A stretch of DNA of 64,000 bases, taken from the NCBI GenBank assembly GCA_030837285.1, contig JAUPKU010000162.1, forward strand, positions 22,274 through 86,273, in the 5' to 3' direction. Source of the DNA: Thermoproteota archaeon. Lineage in GTDB: Archaea; Thermoproteota; Bathyarchaeia; RBG-16-48-13; GCA-020355125. Numbering within the stretch: the stretch's first letter is position 1; the number at the start of each line of letters is the position of its first letter. Shown one piece after another: positions 49,548-60,471 of this stretch. A model generated the notes under the pieces. The model was not told where the DNA came from. It saw only the letters and a list, made by a program, of their open reading frames with translations, and did not search any database. The translations under genes were made by a program, and so were the position numbers.

Positions 49548-50885
49548 TTATGAGTTAGAAGAATCGGATGAAAGATTATTCTTAGCTTCTGTTCGCGGGT
49601 CCCTCACATACAGCCAAAGTATCGCTGAAGATGAGACTCCTATGATTGATGATATTATCAAGGTCATGTCTGGGCCAACGAGTTCGCTCTCCCAGCTATA
49701 GGCTCCAATGTAGGGGGCAAAGAAGGCTGCCAGACCACTCATAGTTCCCATTAAGCCACTTAGTCTTCCTCTCTTCTTCGAGGGCACCAGATCCGCAAGG
49801 AGAGCAGACCATGCAGGGCCTCCCAGGAGCCCTTCAACGTTAGCGCCGCTTATACCCATGGCAGCTCCGGCGATAACTCGTACACCTATAATCTGCCAGA
49901 GACTACGAAAAGTTATATAACCTATGTTGGTGGCAGGCTCTACTGCCCTTGAAAAGACCAGGAGTTTTCGCCTGTCGTATTTATCACTTATCATTCCACC
50001 TGGTATAGCTGTTATGAGGCTGAGTACACTCATTATAGTCGTTATGACTCCCCACTCTGTTTTGCTAAGACCGATTATGTTTACAGCGTAGATGACGATA
50101 TATGCCGAGGAGAGCCCCGACGCGAATTGGGTGACAGCAGAGGCCACCAGCATGCCCTTGAGGGTTCCTTTTAGGAGCGGGAAGACTTCTGAGAGGTCTT
50201 TCACCATGTCTTGTTTCTGCTTTTTCTCTGGAGTCAGAGTTTCTGTAACCAGGAAGTATCGTACGAGAAAAACTATGAAGGCGATAATAGATGCGCCGAT
50301 GAAGCAGAGTTTCGTTGCTTCTCTTACTCCAATCGCATCCATCAGAATTCCTCCGATCAGTGCCGTGAAGACAGAGGGTACTCGCTGTATCGTATTGTAC
50401 ATTCCATATCCTGACCCTATCTGATTCAGGGGGAGAGATTCTGCAACTAATGCTTGGAATGCTGGTCCACTGATAGAGTCAAAGCCGCTAAGGATTGAAG
50501 CGAAAAGAATGCCTTCCCAGCTTGTGGAGAAGTAAAAGACGATTGGTGTGAATATGCGCGTGAATGCCACTAATACAAGCACTTTCTTTCTCCCTATTCT
50601 ATCCGCGAGCATGCCTCCGGGCAGCTGGAGGAGAAACTGCTGAGAACTTCGAATTGCAGAAAGGATGCCTATTTGAATTATTGATAAGCCAAGGGCTCCT
50701 AGGTAGAGAGACCAGAAGGGATTGTATACTTGTTGGAAGAAGCCAATAACTGAAGATGTGACGGATACGGTCATGACATTTCTGTTGTGAAGGATTCGCT
50801 TCATCCTTTCTATTCCACTTAGCTCAAGGAAATAGAATGAACGAGTAGTAATAGTTTTCGAGATTTGAGTGTGCTTGGCGCTCAT
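49548..50885 (-). CDS. MFS transporter
   Basis: Has 12 predicted hydrophobic segments and LADRIGRKKVLV. The likely start is an internal Met (MKRILHN). Confidence 0.8.
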   Translation of the reverse strand: MSAKHTQISKTITTRSFYFLELSGIERMKRILHNRNVMTVSVTSSVIGFFQQVYNPFWSLYLGALGLSIIQIGILSAIRSSQQFLLQLPGGMLADRIGRKKVLVLVAFTRIFTPIVFYFSTSWEGILFASILSGFDSISGPAFQALVAESLPLNQIGSGYGMYNTIQRVPSVFTALIGGILMDAIGVREATKLCFIGASIIAFIVFLVRYFLVTETLTPEKKQKQDMVKDLSEVFPLLKGTLKGMLVASAVTQFASGLSSAYIVIYAVNIIGLSKTEWGVITTIMSVLSLITAIPGGMISDKYDRRKLLVFSRAVEPATNIGYITFRSLWQIIGVRVIAGAAMGISGANVEGLLGGPAWSALLADLVPSKKRGRLSGLMGTMSGLAAFFAPYIGAYSWESELVGPDMTLIISSIIGVSSSAILWLYVRDPRTEAKNNLSSDSSNS

Positions 50886-51185
50886 GAATCAAGGAGTATT
50901 CGAGAGATTCTGTTTTCTTCATTTTGTGAATGGCTCTTTTCATCTTTCTCCTCTTTGATGATGCAGTAGATCTGATTAAGTTTAGCAGTCTTTTTTAGAA
51001 TTGATGTTGTTTGAGCGTAAGGTTTATAAGCAATATATGTTGTATATGTATATAACATACGTTATATTATGGTTATTTAGATAAAACGACCATAAAGCGA
51101 ATTCAAGCACAAGAATTCGCAGAGCAAACAAGCTCAAAGTGTAATTGAATATTTCTACTCAATAGGTAAGGGAGAAGAATTTGAA

Positions 51186-52106
51186 ATGACAATAAATGAG
51201 ACAGTATTAGATAAAAAATGCCCCAACTGTGGTAGTGAAAGCTTCGTTGAAGACTCTGACGCGGGAGAAGTCATATGCCGTAGATGTGGCTTAGTCAGTG
51301 AAAAAATTATAAACAAAGGACCGGAATGGAGGTCCTTCGGCGAAGGCGGAGAAGAGAGAAGTCGAGTTGGAATGCCATTATCATTATCCATGCACGACAA
51401 GGGTTTATCCACTGTGATCGATATGTCAAATAGAGACGCTTTCGGAAGACAGCTTCCAACACTGACGAGGCAAGGCATGTTCAGGTTAAGAAAATGGCAG
51501 AACAGAATCACCTACCACTCATCCTCTAGCAAGAACCTGACTAAAGCCATGCTTGAACTAGACAGATTAGCAGATGAGCTTTCCATAGCCTCGCCTGTCA
51601 AGGAGCAAGCCGCACAGATCTACCGAAAAGCCTTGAATAGACAGCTTATCAGAGGAAGATCAATCCTAGCGATAGTTGCTGCTGCATTATACGCTGCTTG
51701 TAGATTTACCCAGACTCCAAAGACTCTGAAGCAGATTTCCAAAGCGAGCATTTCCGATAAAAAGGACGTAGCCCGATCGTATCGCCTACTTTTGAACGAA
51801 CTTGATATCCAGATGCCAATTGTGGACGCAGCAACTTGTGTATCTAAGATTGCCTCAAAAATCGGTTTAGAAGAGAGGGTACAGCAGAGAGCCAAAGACC
51901 TTTTGAATAGAGCTGAGAAAAAGAAGTTTACAACAGGTAAAGAACCCATGGGAATGGCAGCTACAGCTCTGTATATTGCCACTATCCTTGACTGCGACTC
52001 AAAGAAAAGGACACAAAAGGAAATTGCCAAGGCAGCCGACATTACAGAGGTAACACTCAGAAACAGGTACAAGTGCCTTAAAAGACAACTTAAACTAGAC
52101 ATCTAA
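51186..52106 (+). CDS. tfb: Transcription initiation factor IIB (TFB)
   Basis: Has the N-terminal Zn ribbon CPNCGS...CRRCGLV, a B-reader/linker, and two cyclin-fold repeats. Confidence 0.95.
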   Translation: MTINETVLDKKCPNCGSESFVEDSDAGEVICRRCGLVSEKIINKGPEWRSFGEGGEERSRVGMPLSLSMHDKGLSTVIDMSNRDAFGRQLPTLTRQGMFRLRKWQNRITYHSSSSKNLTKAMLELDRLADELSIASPVKEQAAQIYRKALNRQLIRGRSILAIVAAALYAACRFTQTPKTLKQISKASISDKKDVARSYRLLLNELDIQMPIVDAATCVSKIASKIGLEERVQQRAKDLLNRAEKKKFTTGKEPMGMAATALYIATILDCDSKKRTQKEIAKAADITEVTLRNRYKCLKRQLKLDI

Positions 52107-52246
52107 AGAAAGCTTCTAATCGAATGCTGGAGTAATTTCTGCAACATATTTTATGCCACTAGTAAACTTTGCCTGAATAGTATCAGCTTTGCTTTGTTTA
52201 GTTTAGTAACACGTGTTTTTAAGCATCCGCTCTAATAGATTAAAAT

Positions 52247-53323
52247 ATGAGTCGGTCAACTGGTTTTTCCGTTCTTAGACTTGGAATTTTCTTTGTCAGT
52301 CTAGGAGCAGGATGGATTTTCTTTAGCAGCTACCCGATCACACTTCGAACCTTTGTTCTTATACTAATTGCAGCTGGCGCGATGCTAATTCTAGTTTCAT
52401 TGTTTTCTTGGCGCAAACCTTCATTGCGTTCAACCGGTCTGGTAACAGGGGTAATTCTAGGAATAATAGTCTCCATGCTTCTGACTTCAGGCGTGGCTCT
52501 AGCTCAAAACATTTCTGACGGTGGATTTGGACCTTACACTGCTCAAGAGATTATAACCTACAATGGTGTGGCCTCTGAGAGTAGCGTCTATTTTGAAGTC
52601 CATAACTTCAATGGTCCCATTACCATTTCAACGTGGGATAGAGCTAGTTACAGTGTGAACTTGACGATTAGGGCAAGAGACACGACAAGCGGAAGTGCTC
52701 AGAGTAATTTGGCAGCATTGAAGACTAGTCTTGATGAGAGTGTTGCAGGAGGCAGCAAGAGGCTAATTCTTGTATACGATATGCCATTAACAGGGAATTC
52801 CGCATACTCCATTGAAGTCCAGGCTTTTCTTCCTTCGAAGACACTGAGCCTTGACCTTAGCTCAAGCAACGGTGGAATCTTTCTTTCTAGAATAAATGGT
52901 ACGACCGTGAGTCTGAGCACTTCGAATGGGCAGCTCGAACTCAACGGCGTCTACGTTGACAGGTTGGAGGGCAGCACTAGCAATGGACGCATTCAGGGTA
53001 CAGTAGACATTGGACGAACAACACTTTCAACAAGCAATGGCCAGATTAGACTAACCATACCAAGTTTGAAGAGTGGAAGCTATGACCTCGTAACAAGCAA
53101 TGGAGCGGTTACTACTACGGTTTCTCCATTACCTAGCGTGGGCTACAGTTTGGACCTGTCAACTAGCAATGGCGTGATAAACATAAGCTTGCCAAATTTG
53201 AGCTATAGCCTTGATCAGAGAACGGCTAAAAGGGCGCAGACAACAGATTTCAGCGGCAAAGCCATTCAGCTGACAATAAACATAGATACATCAAATGCTA
53301 ATATCAGTGTTGAGACATCTTAA
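52247..53323 (+). CDS. Membrane-anchored DUF4097-type (putative adhesin, beta-helix) protein
   Basis: Three N-terminal TMs, then a regular series of (S/T)SNG repeats: SSSNGGIFL, STSNGQLEL, STSNGRIQG, STSNGQIRL, VTSNGAVTT, STSNGVINI, DTSNANISV. Confidence 0.65.
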   Translation: MSRSTGFSVLRLGIFFVSLGAGWIFFSSYPITLRTFVLILIAAGAMLILVSLFSWRKPSLRSTGLVTGVILGIIVSMLLTSGVALAQNISDGGFGPYTAQEIITYNGVASESSVYFEVHNFNGPITISTWDRASYSVNLTIRARDTTSGSAQSNLAALKTSLDESVAGGSKRLILVYDMPLTGNSAYSIEVQAFLPSKTLSLDLSSSNGGIFLSRINGTTVSLSTSNGQLELNGVYVDRLEGSTSNGRIQGTVDIGRTTLSTSNGQIRLTIPSLKSGSYDLVTSNGAVTTTVSPLPSVGYSLDLSTSNGVINISLPNLSYSLDQRTAKRAQTTDFSGKAIQLTINIDTSNANISVETS

Positions 53324-53607
53324 GCAGTCTTTCTTGGCTGTAGAATTGTCGCTTTCCCTCGCCTTCTATACGATCATTCGCCAATTATCAAAAAAAGACT
53401 CTATTTGATCATGATAAACCAGCTTCGAGAGACTAGACCCTTCCTGCCACTATAGCAGATAGATAAAGTAAAGCAAATAACCAATGTATGAAAGCAGTTT
53501 ACAAATTCGAAGAAAGTTCAAATTAGCGTGTCTGATGAGAAATTGAGGGTTTTTTGCCGAGGGCTTCCCGCGTATTCTTGGAGAAGATCAACCTACTTAT
53601 CGGAGGT

Positions 53608-53928
53608 CTATTCTAGCTGTTTCTTTCCTAACAATCTGATTTTTTCTTGAATAAGCAATGTCATGAACTCTATTCTTGAGGGTATTTCGTTAATGTCGAG
53701 TAGCTGCTTCGTTCTTCCATTATCTGCACTAAAATACACTTTAGTGTCTTTGGAGTATTGCGCTATAGAGTTCTCTGACTCACCTATAGAACAGCTCTCA
53801 CAATTATAGCCATCATTATCACAAAAGCAGCATACTCCATATTCTGAGAGGTAATAATCAAGGTTAAACCATTTTGGATGAATTCTAGAATGCTCAGGAT
53901 CAGAGCATTTCTTCCAGTTCTTAATCAT
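53608..53928 (-). CDS. Hypothetical Cys-rich protein
   Basis: A 106-aa ORF with the cluster CCFCDNDGYNCESC and no recognised family. Confidence 0.3.
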   Translation of the reverse strand: MIKNWKKCSDPEHSRIHPKWFNLDYYLSEYGVCCFCDNDGYNCESCSIGESENSIAQYSKDTKVYFSADNGRTKQLLDINEIPSRIEFMTLLIQEKIRLLGKKQLE

Positions 53929-54246
53929 GAACCTACTTCTTCCTGTAGAAACAATTTCTACGTATCAACTCTGAATGTCTCAATCACCAAAAATTAGATA
54001 GGGCTTTTAAAATAAAACTTATTATATAAATCAAGAAGGCTCCTGCTAACCCTATATATCAACTATTTGGCAGTTTTTGCTACTGCAAGAATGTAGAAAG
54101 TCGTATCTGTATATTTGATGTCTTTTAGAATATTAATCTTTAAATAGCGAGATAATAGTACCGTTGTTTCATATACAATTTGAATGTTTTCAAGGTTTTT
54201 TCAGAAAATTTCTAGTTGTATAATTATTGAATAGAGGTGAAAAGGA

Positions 54247-54396
54247 ATGGGTTTTGAAAGACGCGATTTCGGTCCTAGGACTATGCACAAGGCAACATGT
54301 TCTGATTGCGGAAAAGAATGTGAAGTTCCTTTTGTTCCGAAAGAGGGACGTCCAGTCTATTGTAGGGAATGCTTCCAAAAGCACAGAAAGTTCTAG
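54247..54396 (+). CDS. Small CxxC-x17-CxxC zinc-ribbon protein (49 aa); absent from the ORF track
   Basis: Translates to MGFERRDFGPRTMHKATCSDCGKECEVPFVPKEGRPVYCRECFQKHRKF*. A GAGGTG box lies about 9 nt upstream. The listed antisense ORF 54190-54384 is probably spurious. Confidence 0.6.
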   Translation: MGFERRDFGPRTMHKATCSDCGKECEVPFVPKEGRPVYCRECFQKHRKF

Positions 54397-54675
54397 TTGT
54401 TGCTAGATTTTCGTGTAAATATTCTCTTTTTCTATTTTTAATTTTACTCCTTTCATATTTTTAAATACCATGTGAAATTTGGTACCTAATTTTAAACTTC
54501 TTAAAACTTTTCCTTCTCTTCGTACGCTTATTCTTTAATTTTACCGAAAACTCCTTGTATGATATCTTCAGCCTGGAAGGCATGCGTGTAGTCATTGAAG
54601 GAATAAAAAAAGCCTGGAGGTGATCTGTTGGGCGTGTACCAAAAAACTGATAATCTTCTTGTATGGTTCTAATGG

Positions 54676-55224
54676 TTGTGGTTTGAGTTGAAGAAAGCAC
54701 TTATTGTATATTGGTCTGCCACTGGGAATACTGAGAAAGTAGCTATGGCTTTAAAAGATGGATTAGTTGAAGGCGACATGGATGTTTCCTTATTCAAGAC
54801 CAAAGGCGCAGAGGAGTTGGATTACTTTGATTATGATCTTGCATGCGTCGGCTTTCCTGTCTATCACTTTCATCCTCCAGATATTATAGTCAGATTCCTG
54901 AAGAGCCGGTTTGACAAGTATCAGAAGGAGAAACGTATTCTTCCGTGCTGTCCTATCGTAAAGGGGAAAAATGCTTTGGTATTCTGTACGTATTCAGGCC
55001 CCCACTCAGGAATTGATGAGGCATTACCAGCAGTCAAGTACACTGCTCAATTCTTCATCCACGTCGGGATTCCCGTAATCAATGAGTGGTATATCATTGG
55101 GGAATTCCATGGAAGAGAAGACTTGAGCACAAGAGGTAAATTAGGAGACATAAGGGGCAAACCATCCGCAGAAGATCTTGATAAAATTAGGAAAGACGCA
55201 CTAAAATTGGTATCCAAAATATGA
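54676..55224 (+). CDS. Flavodoxin-family protein
   Basis: Has the FMN-phosphate loop LIVYWSATGNTEKVA. The start is ambiguous between TTG 54676 and TTG 54688. Confidence 0.75.
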   Translation: MWFELKKALIVYWSATGNTEKVAMALKDGLVEGDMDVSLFKTKGAEELDYFDYDLACVGFPVYHFHPPDIIVRFLKSRFDKYQKEKRILPCCPIVKGKNALVFCTYSGPHSGIDEALPAVKYTAQFFIHVGIPVINEWYIIGEFHGREDLSTRGKLGDIRGKPSAEDLDKIRKDALKLVSKI

Positions 55225-55778
55225 TACATTTCTGAACGATTAGATTCATCCATGAAGTTGGAATAAGCTATAGTTGGCAATCTTTAAGCAACATGCAAGC
55301 TCCTGATATCACAAATGATTACGAAAATTATGGATATGCTTCCTTTTTCCAGGAAGCATTTCCCTTAGTGTCTGATAAAAGCTTACGATTATAAAATGGA
55401 TTGTGGAAAAATGGCTTTGGATATTCTTGAGTTTGATACAAGAAGCCATTGCCGAAATAGCCAGTCTTCCTATTAGTAGATGCTCTTCTTGCTATACAGT
55501 TCATATCTAACATAAATAGAGCATACTACCCTCGTCAGATTACCGTAGATTTGTTTCTTTTCCGTCTAATCATATAATTCTTTCTTATTCCAGCTATCCT
55601 GCAATAGTCATTGGTATCATAATCCATTTTGTGTTAGGAAAACGCAACATATTGACAAAAAAAATTATGATTGAGCCCTCTGATATTCAATAACTTTTCA
55701 TTATCTATGACTGACATATGTTTCTAACGCTTATGTAGAGTATGTAAGTTAGGATAATTCTTTATTTTCTCATAAAAA

Positions 55779-56285
55779 ATGATTATCAGATTAACAGATA
55801 AATCTTTAAAACCGTCAGTATATAACAAATACTCAAGAACGATAATGACACAAAACACGACTACTGACAAAACGACAAATGAAAAGCTGCTCACAGAAAC
55901 ACTTCAAAGACTAAAAAAACTAGAAGAAACCGTACAAATTCTTCAGCAGAAACTGCAAGAATACAAAACTGAACAACCATCTCCACATCAAAAAGAAGTT
56001 CAACTATTCCAGCCAGAAACTACCATAGAGAAACCGCGGAGGCAGAAAAGTCTCTCCCCAGAAGCAATCCTTGAAATCGACCTTATGAACCTGCCAGATA
56101 GTCAACGAAAAACCATGCTTGTAATTGTAGAGCAAGGAGAAGCTACACCTGAAGAGGTCGCTGATGAAACCAACAGAACAAGAGGATTGGAAAACATCTA
56201 TCTCAACCAACTTGAAAGACTAGGCTACGTTGAAAAAACTAAAAAAGGAAAACGAGTCTACTTTAAAAGTCTAAGAACAACCTGA
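55779..56285 (+). CDS. Coiled-coil plus winged-helix (MarR/ArsR-like) putative regulator
   Basis: The C-terminus reads ..RKTMLVIVEQGEATPEEVADETNRTRGLENIYLNQLERLGYVEKTKKGKRVYF. The likely start is an internal Met (MTQNT, 55845). Confidence 0.5.
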   Translation: MIIRLTDKSLKPSVYNKYSRTIMTQNTTTDKTTNEKLLTETLQRLKKLEETVQILQQKLQEYKTEQPSPHQKEVQLFQPETTIEKPRRQKSLSPEAILEIDLMNLPDSQRKTMLVIVEQGEATPEEVADETNRTRGLENIYLNQLERLGYVEKTKKGKRVYFKSLRTT

Positions 56286-56469
56286 TCAACCCTGATACCA
56301 ACAATAGCCAGTGCTTTAACGTGACAAAGAACAAGCAAATGGTGAAGGCATTAAGTACTAAGAGGTTGAGCAAGTCATATTATACACATAATAGAAAATA
56401 CATGCACATTATTCTAGTCGATTGGATCTAAATGGAAGATTACTAATGGTCGCAAATAGTTAATACACC

Positions 56470-56946
56470 GTGCCTTCCTCATCAGTGAGAGTCGTTGTTG
56501 GAGGTTCTTCAAAGCTGATCAGAGTTTTTATTGATGGTCTCTGCGAACCTGTTAACCCCGGTGGAGTGGCAACATTTGGCTTCTCAGTCTATAGGGATAG
56601 CTTAAAGTTGGAAGAGAAAGCAGGCGCTGTCGGGGAGGGCTCTTCTATGAGCAATAACGTAGCCGAATACTCTGCTCTCTGTGAAGTCCTGAAATCACTT
56701 CTAGCTCGAGGTTTAGGTGGTGAGGAGGTAATTGTCCACTCTGATAGCCGCCTCCTCGTTAATCAGATGAGTGGTCACTGGAAGGCAAGGAGGGGATTAT
56801 ACCTTCGTTGGCACGATGATGCATCTTTGCTGGTACGAGGCTTCAAGAACATCTTTTTTAAATGGATTCCGAGGGAAGAGAATTCTGAAGCAGACGCTTT
56901 AAGCCGAAGAGCCTACAAAGAGCATTCTAAGCAAACGAGAGGCTAG
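56470..56946 (+). CDS. rnhA: Ribonuclease HI (archaeal type 1 RNase H)
   Basis: The DEDD residues sit in FIDGLC, NNVAEYSAL, VHSDSRLLV and NSEADALS. Confidence 0.8.
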   Translation: MPSSSVRVVVGGSSKLIRVFIDGLCEPVNPGGVATFGFSVYRDSLKLEEKAGAVGEGSSMSNNVAEYSALCEVLKSLLARGLGGEEVIVHSDSRLLVNQMSGHWKARRGLYLRWHDDASLLVRGFKNIFFKWIPREENSEADALSRRAYKEHSKQTRG

Positions 56947-57454
56947 TTCATGGTTAACTATCTGTGGTTAATGCCTTATGACGCATATTTTGTATAACAT
57001 ATGTGATAAACTTTAAGTATCACCAAATTACTATATTAGACTGATAACAACATGATAGACGACTATGGATATCAACAAAAATACCGAAGGTTCGTCCAAG
57101 GGATGATATCTGAAGACGAATTCAAAAGATACATTTTCACCCAACTAACCAAGGATGACCTCATAGAAATCATAGTATCATCCGCCAAATCGCTAAGAGA
57201 AGCAATAGCCATCGGTGAACCTCTACACGAACACTAAGACCTTGACACTCTATTAGTAAAAAAAGATGCAAGACACCAAGTAAACATGATATTGCCTTTC
57301 ACATAGATAACAGAATGAACCAAACATCATCCGCAGTTCTCTCTTTTAAAGAAGCAAAACAGAATTTGAGATCTATTAAAGAAGTTTTCTGAACTATTTT
57401 CTTTCCATCGATTAAGTTGCTATTGCAAAGCAAAGTAAGAAACAGTCAGTACAG

Positions 57455-58948
57455 TTAGTGTCTCTTCTTCAGTACGATGATTATCATTATTATTGATGCT
57501 ACTAAACCGCCTATTATCAGGAATCCCATTTGATTGAATCGAGTCTGTGTTATGGTGGGCGCAAAGTATATCGTTGTAACAGGGTCGTGTTCTACTCTAT
57601 ATCCACTGTATGAAGGATATGATATAAGGTAAAGGTAGTCTGCACGGGTCATATTTGCTATGGTGTCCTTGGCTTTCTCGTAGAGTTGAGGTTGTAGTCG
57701 CATTACTAGGAGTGGCAGATATTTTGCGAAATTGGATTGGTATTTGAAGAGTTCGGAATTCTTGCTAAAACCACTTGTCTGGCTTGTCCTTGAGATTGAT
57801 ACGTATTGATTCGCTGTCTTCTCGCTTGAGTCTTGAGTGTAGTTGAATAAATTATAATTCTGTTTGACTCCGAAGGACGTGTCCAGTATCTTTTCTCCTC
57901 CGTCAGCATATGTTGAGATTTCAGAGTCACTTACTAATACGTCTCTGTCAGTGACGTTCTGTCCAGTATAAGATGTACTGTAGGTGCTTCTGTCAAATAT
58001 GATCGAAGTCTGATATTCCACTATGCTCATCTTCACCTTGTTCCTGTATAAGAACTGGTAGATTGTTTCGTTGGAGACTTTTGTGTTATAGCTATAACAT
58101 CCAGTGTTGTTGTAATGATTGTATATTGGCCAGATAATGAACCATCCTCCAAAGACCCATAGATCCCTCATGCGTCCTATTATGAAGTCCTGAGAAATCG
58201 TTGCCTTGTGTGTGTTCGGATCAATATTTAGCGTATAGTTGAATGTCAACTCGTCATACGTTGCAAGACCAAATGGCTTACTAGTCTCAGTTCCATTCTG
58301 ACCTGTAATCTGAGTTGTCGTCCATAACGCGGTTAGATTTGAGTACCTCATTCCCCACTTCCACGCCAACCCATTATTTGAAGAAGCAAGAGGGTAGATC
58401 TCTGCTTTGCTCGTGAATGAGGGAAGTTTAATGTTAGGAAATATCTCCTGAAGGTTAACACCTAAACTGAAAGAAGCCCATAGAGTATCATTCTTGTCAG
58501 GCGAATCTTGATAAATTGATTTTCCTGTATCATTAAAGCCCATTATCATGAGAAAATTAGACGCAACCAGAGCGTCTCTGTTATTCTTATCTGTCTTATA
58601 GTGCAGAAGAATAGACTGCATTGGAATCGTAAGATAAGCTTGATCAACCAAGCTAATGTTAAGGAGCCCCGCATACAGCATTTGCAGCCCGGTCTTATTC
58701 ACATATGCTGTATAGACATTTGCATGCCAGTTATCATTTGGCTTAGGAAGTCCATTAAGCAAGGCATAAGCTCTAGCATAATCGAAATAATCTATAGTTT
58801 TAGAGAAACTATCCTTCTGAAAATCATCTTTTAATAGTTCATCTGCTGAAACCAATGGCATAAATGGAGTGGCTAAACAGGAAATTATGATGAAACTAAA
58901 AATAATCTTTGAGCTAATATGTGAAGACATATTAATTATCACGTCCAA
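57455..58948 (-). CDS. Secreted protein rich in N-glycosylation sequons, with a C-terminal TM anchor
   Basis: Has an N-terminal signal (IIFSFIIISCLATPFMPLVSA), about 12 N-x-S/T sequons, and the C-terminus MGFLIIGGLVASIIMIIIVLKKRH. No PEF or PGF motif is present. Confidence 0.55.
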   Translation of the reverse strand: MDVIINMSSHISSKIIFSFIIISCLATPFMPLVSADELLKDDFQKDSFSKTIDYFDYARAYALLNGLPKPNDNWHANVYTAYVNKTGLQMLYAGLLNISLVDQAYLTIPMQSILLHYKTDKNNRDALVASNFLMIMGFNDTGKSIYQDSPDKNDTLWASFSLGVNLQEIFPNIKLPSFTSKAEIYPLASSNNGLAWKWGMRYSNLTALWTTTQITGQNGTETSKPFGLATYDELTFNYTLNIDPNTHKATISQDFIIGRMRDLWVFGGWFIIWPIYNHYNNTGCYSYNTKVSNETIYQFLYRNKVKMSIVEYQTSIIFDRSTYSTSYTGQNVTDRDVLVSDSEISTYADGGEKILDTSFGVKQNYNLFNYTQDSSEKTANQYVSISRTSQTSGFSKNSELFKYQSNFAKYLPLLVMRLQPQLYEKAKDTIANMTRADYLYLISYPSYSGYRVEHDPVTTIYFAPTITQTRFNQMGFLIIGGLVASIIMIIIVLKKRH

Positions 58949-59428
58949 ACGATTAAAACCAAAGAGATTTGTGTCTTAACTGAATTCAAATTTAATTTCT
59001 GAATGATAATCGGAATTATCATTTATTTTGAATAAAAGACTTATGAATTTTCAATCACATGGTGCCATGTAAAAGTAATAGTAGCTACATTGAATGGAAA
59101 TCCGCAGTTTTATATCCTAAGTGTCAACAATTTATGGAAAATTGAGATGGGTTCATTTCCGTGTAATAGCAGGTCTATTATCATTTATACAATTTCATTT
59201 TCTATTGGCCTGGCGGTCTTCGTGTTCTGTTTCGCGTATCCTTTGATATTTCAGCCTGCCAGTCCTACTTTTGAAAGGGGCTTCTCTATTTATTATACTG
59301 CTGCATGGAGGTTAATTCATAATCCTGATAAGGTGTACTCATTGAATGTGGAGTCTGGGATTATTCAATTTCGCCTTCAGCTGTTTTCAAGTATATATTC
59401 GGTAAAAAGTAGCTCTGCTGTCTTACTT

Positions 59429-59952
59429 TTATGAAAATACAGCCCGTGTGTAAAATGTTCCTTGAAATACATAATCATTGTCCAAGACAACTTTTATAGT
59501 GTAAGGAGTCAGGATGCTGAGATCAGACTTCAATATTGACCAGATAGTAGTAACACTTGGACTGCCAACTTCAGCTCGTGTAGTTGGCAGAGGTTCCATG
59601 TATGGGAGAAGAAGATACCATGGAGAGAGGTCATCGGCAAAGCCTAAATGCACCCAGACTTGAGGGATTTAAAGTAAGATCTATATTATTCCACACAATG
59701 ACTTGTGTATTGTTACTGTATACGTAGAGCGTCTGTATCCTAGTGTTTAATGTTCCAGTATTTTCTACAATCACTTCCAATCCATCATAAATATTATCTC
59801 CAAAAGTGGATTGTCCAAATTGCACTTGCTCAATTATTACTTTTGTTATATGTGTTCCTATCTGGGTATTTTTACCAATTATTGAGTATGTGAAACACCG
59901 ATGCCACTAGAATCATAGCCACCAATATAAGAATCGCCTTCACTGTACTCAT
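59429..59952 (-). pseudogene. Possible frameshifted small secreted protein gene
   Basis: The signal/TM MSTVKAILILVAMILVASV (ATG 59952), the listed ORFs 59631-59825 and 59429-59653 follow each other in three different frames. This is weak: they could be unrelated short ORFs. Confidence 0.25.
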
Positions 59953-60471
59953 AGTTTTATTTTTTAATAGTGAGCGATTTCATTTCACAGCCTCATACAC
60001 TAAAATTCTGTCTTTTCTCTCAGAAATCTCTGATTTCTGTAACCGATAAACAGGATTAGATTAATCTTATGCACTTTCTTCTATAGAAGTTCGTCTAATC
60101 TGGCTAGAAATAGAGATTATGAAAAGATTAAAAACATTCCTAATGTTTTCTCCCATTCTCTTCTTAATAATGCTGTCTTGGGGTAGTTTTTCTCGTTTTC
60201 TTTTGGCCAATTTAACATTATTTTGTTTTTCTTCAGATGTCTGTTCTTCACTCTCTATTACAAGGTGTAATAGCAATATTTATATTTGAATCCAATATAT
60301 TGCGTCGGATATTTGCAGTAGGAGAAGTTAACGTATGCCTTGTATCACTTCTAAGGCAAGCAGAGAGAACTGTGAGATAATAAACTTGATTTTAAGAGAA
60401 ATCTTCTCCATGATTGAGTATGCTTATTTTACACTTGTTAAACCATGAAATCTCGTCAAGAGATGTAGATT

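Noticed and set aside
54190-54384. 64-aa minus-strand ORF.
   Set aside because: It is antisense to a well-formed CxxC-x17-CxxC zinc-ribbon gene with a ribosome-binding site. The plus-strand reading is preferred.
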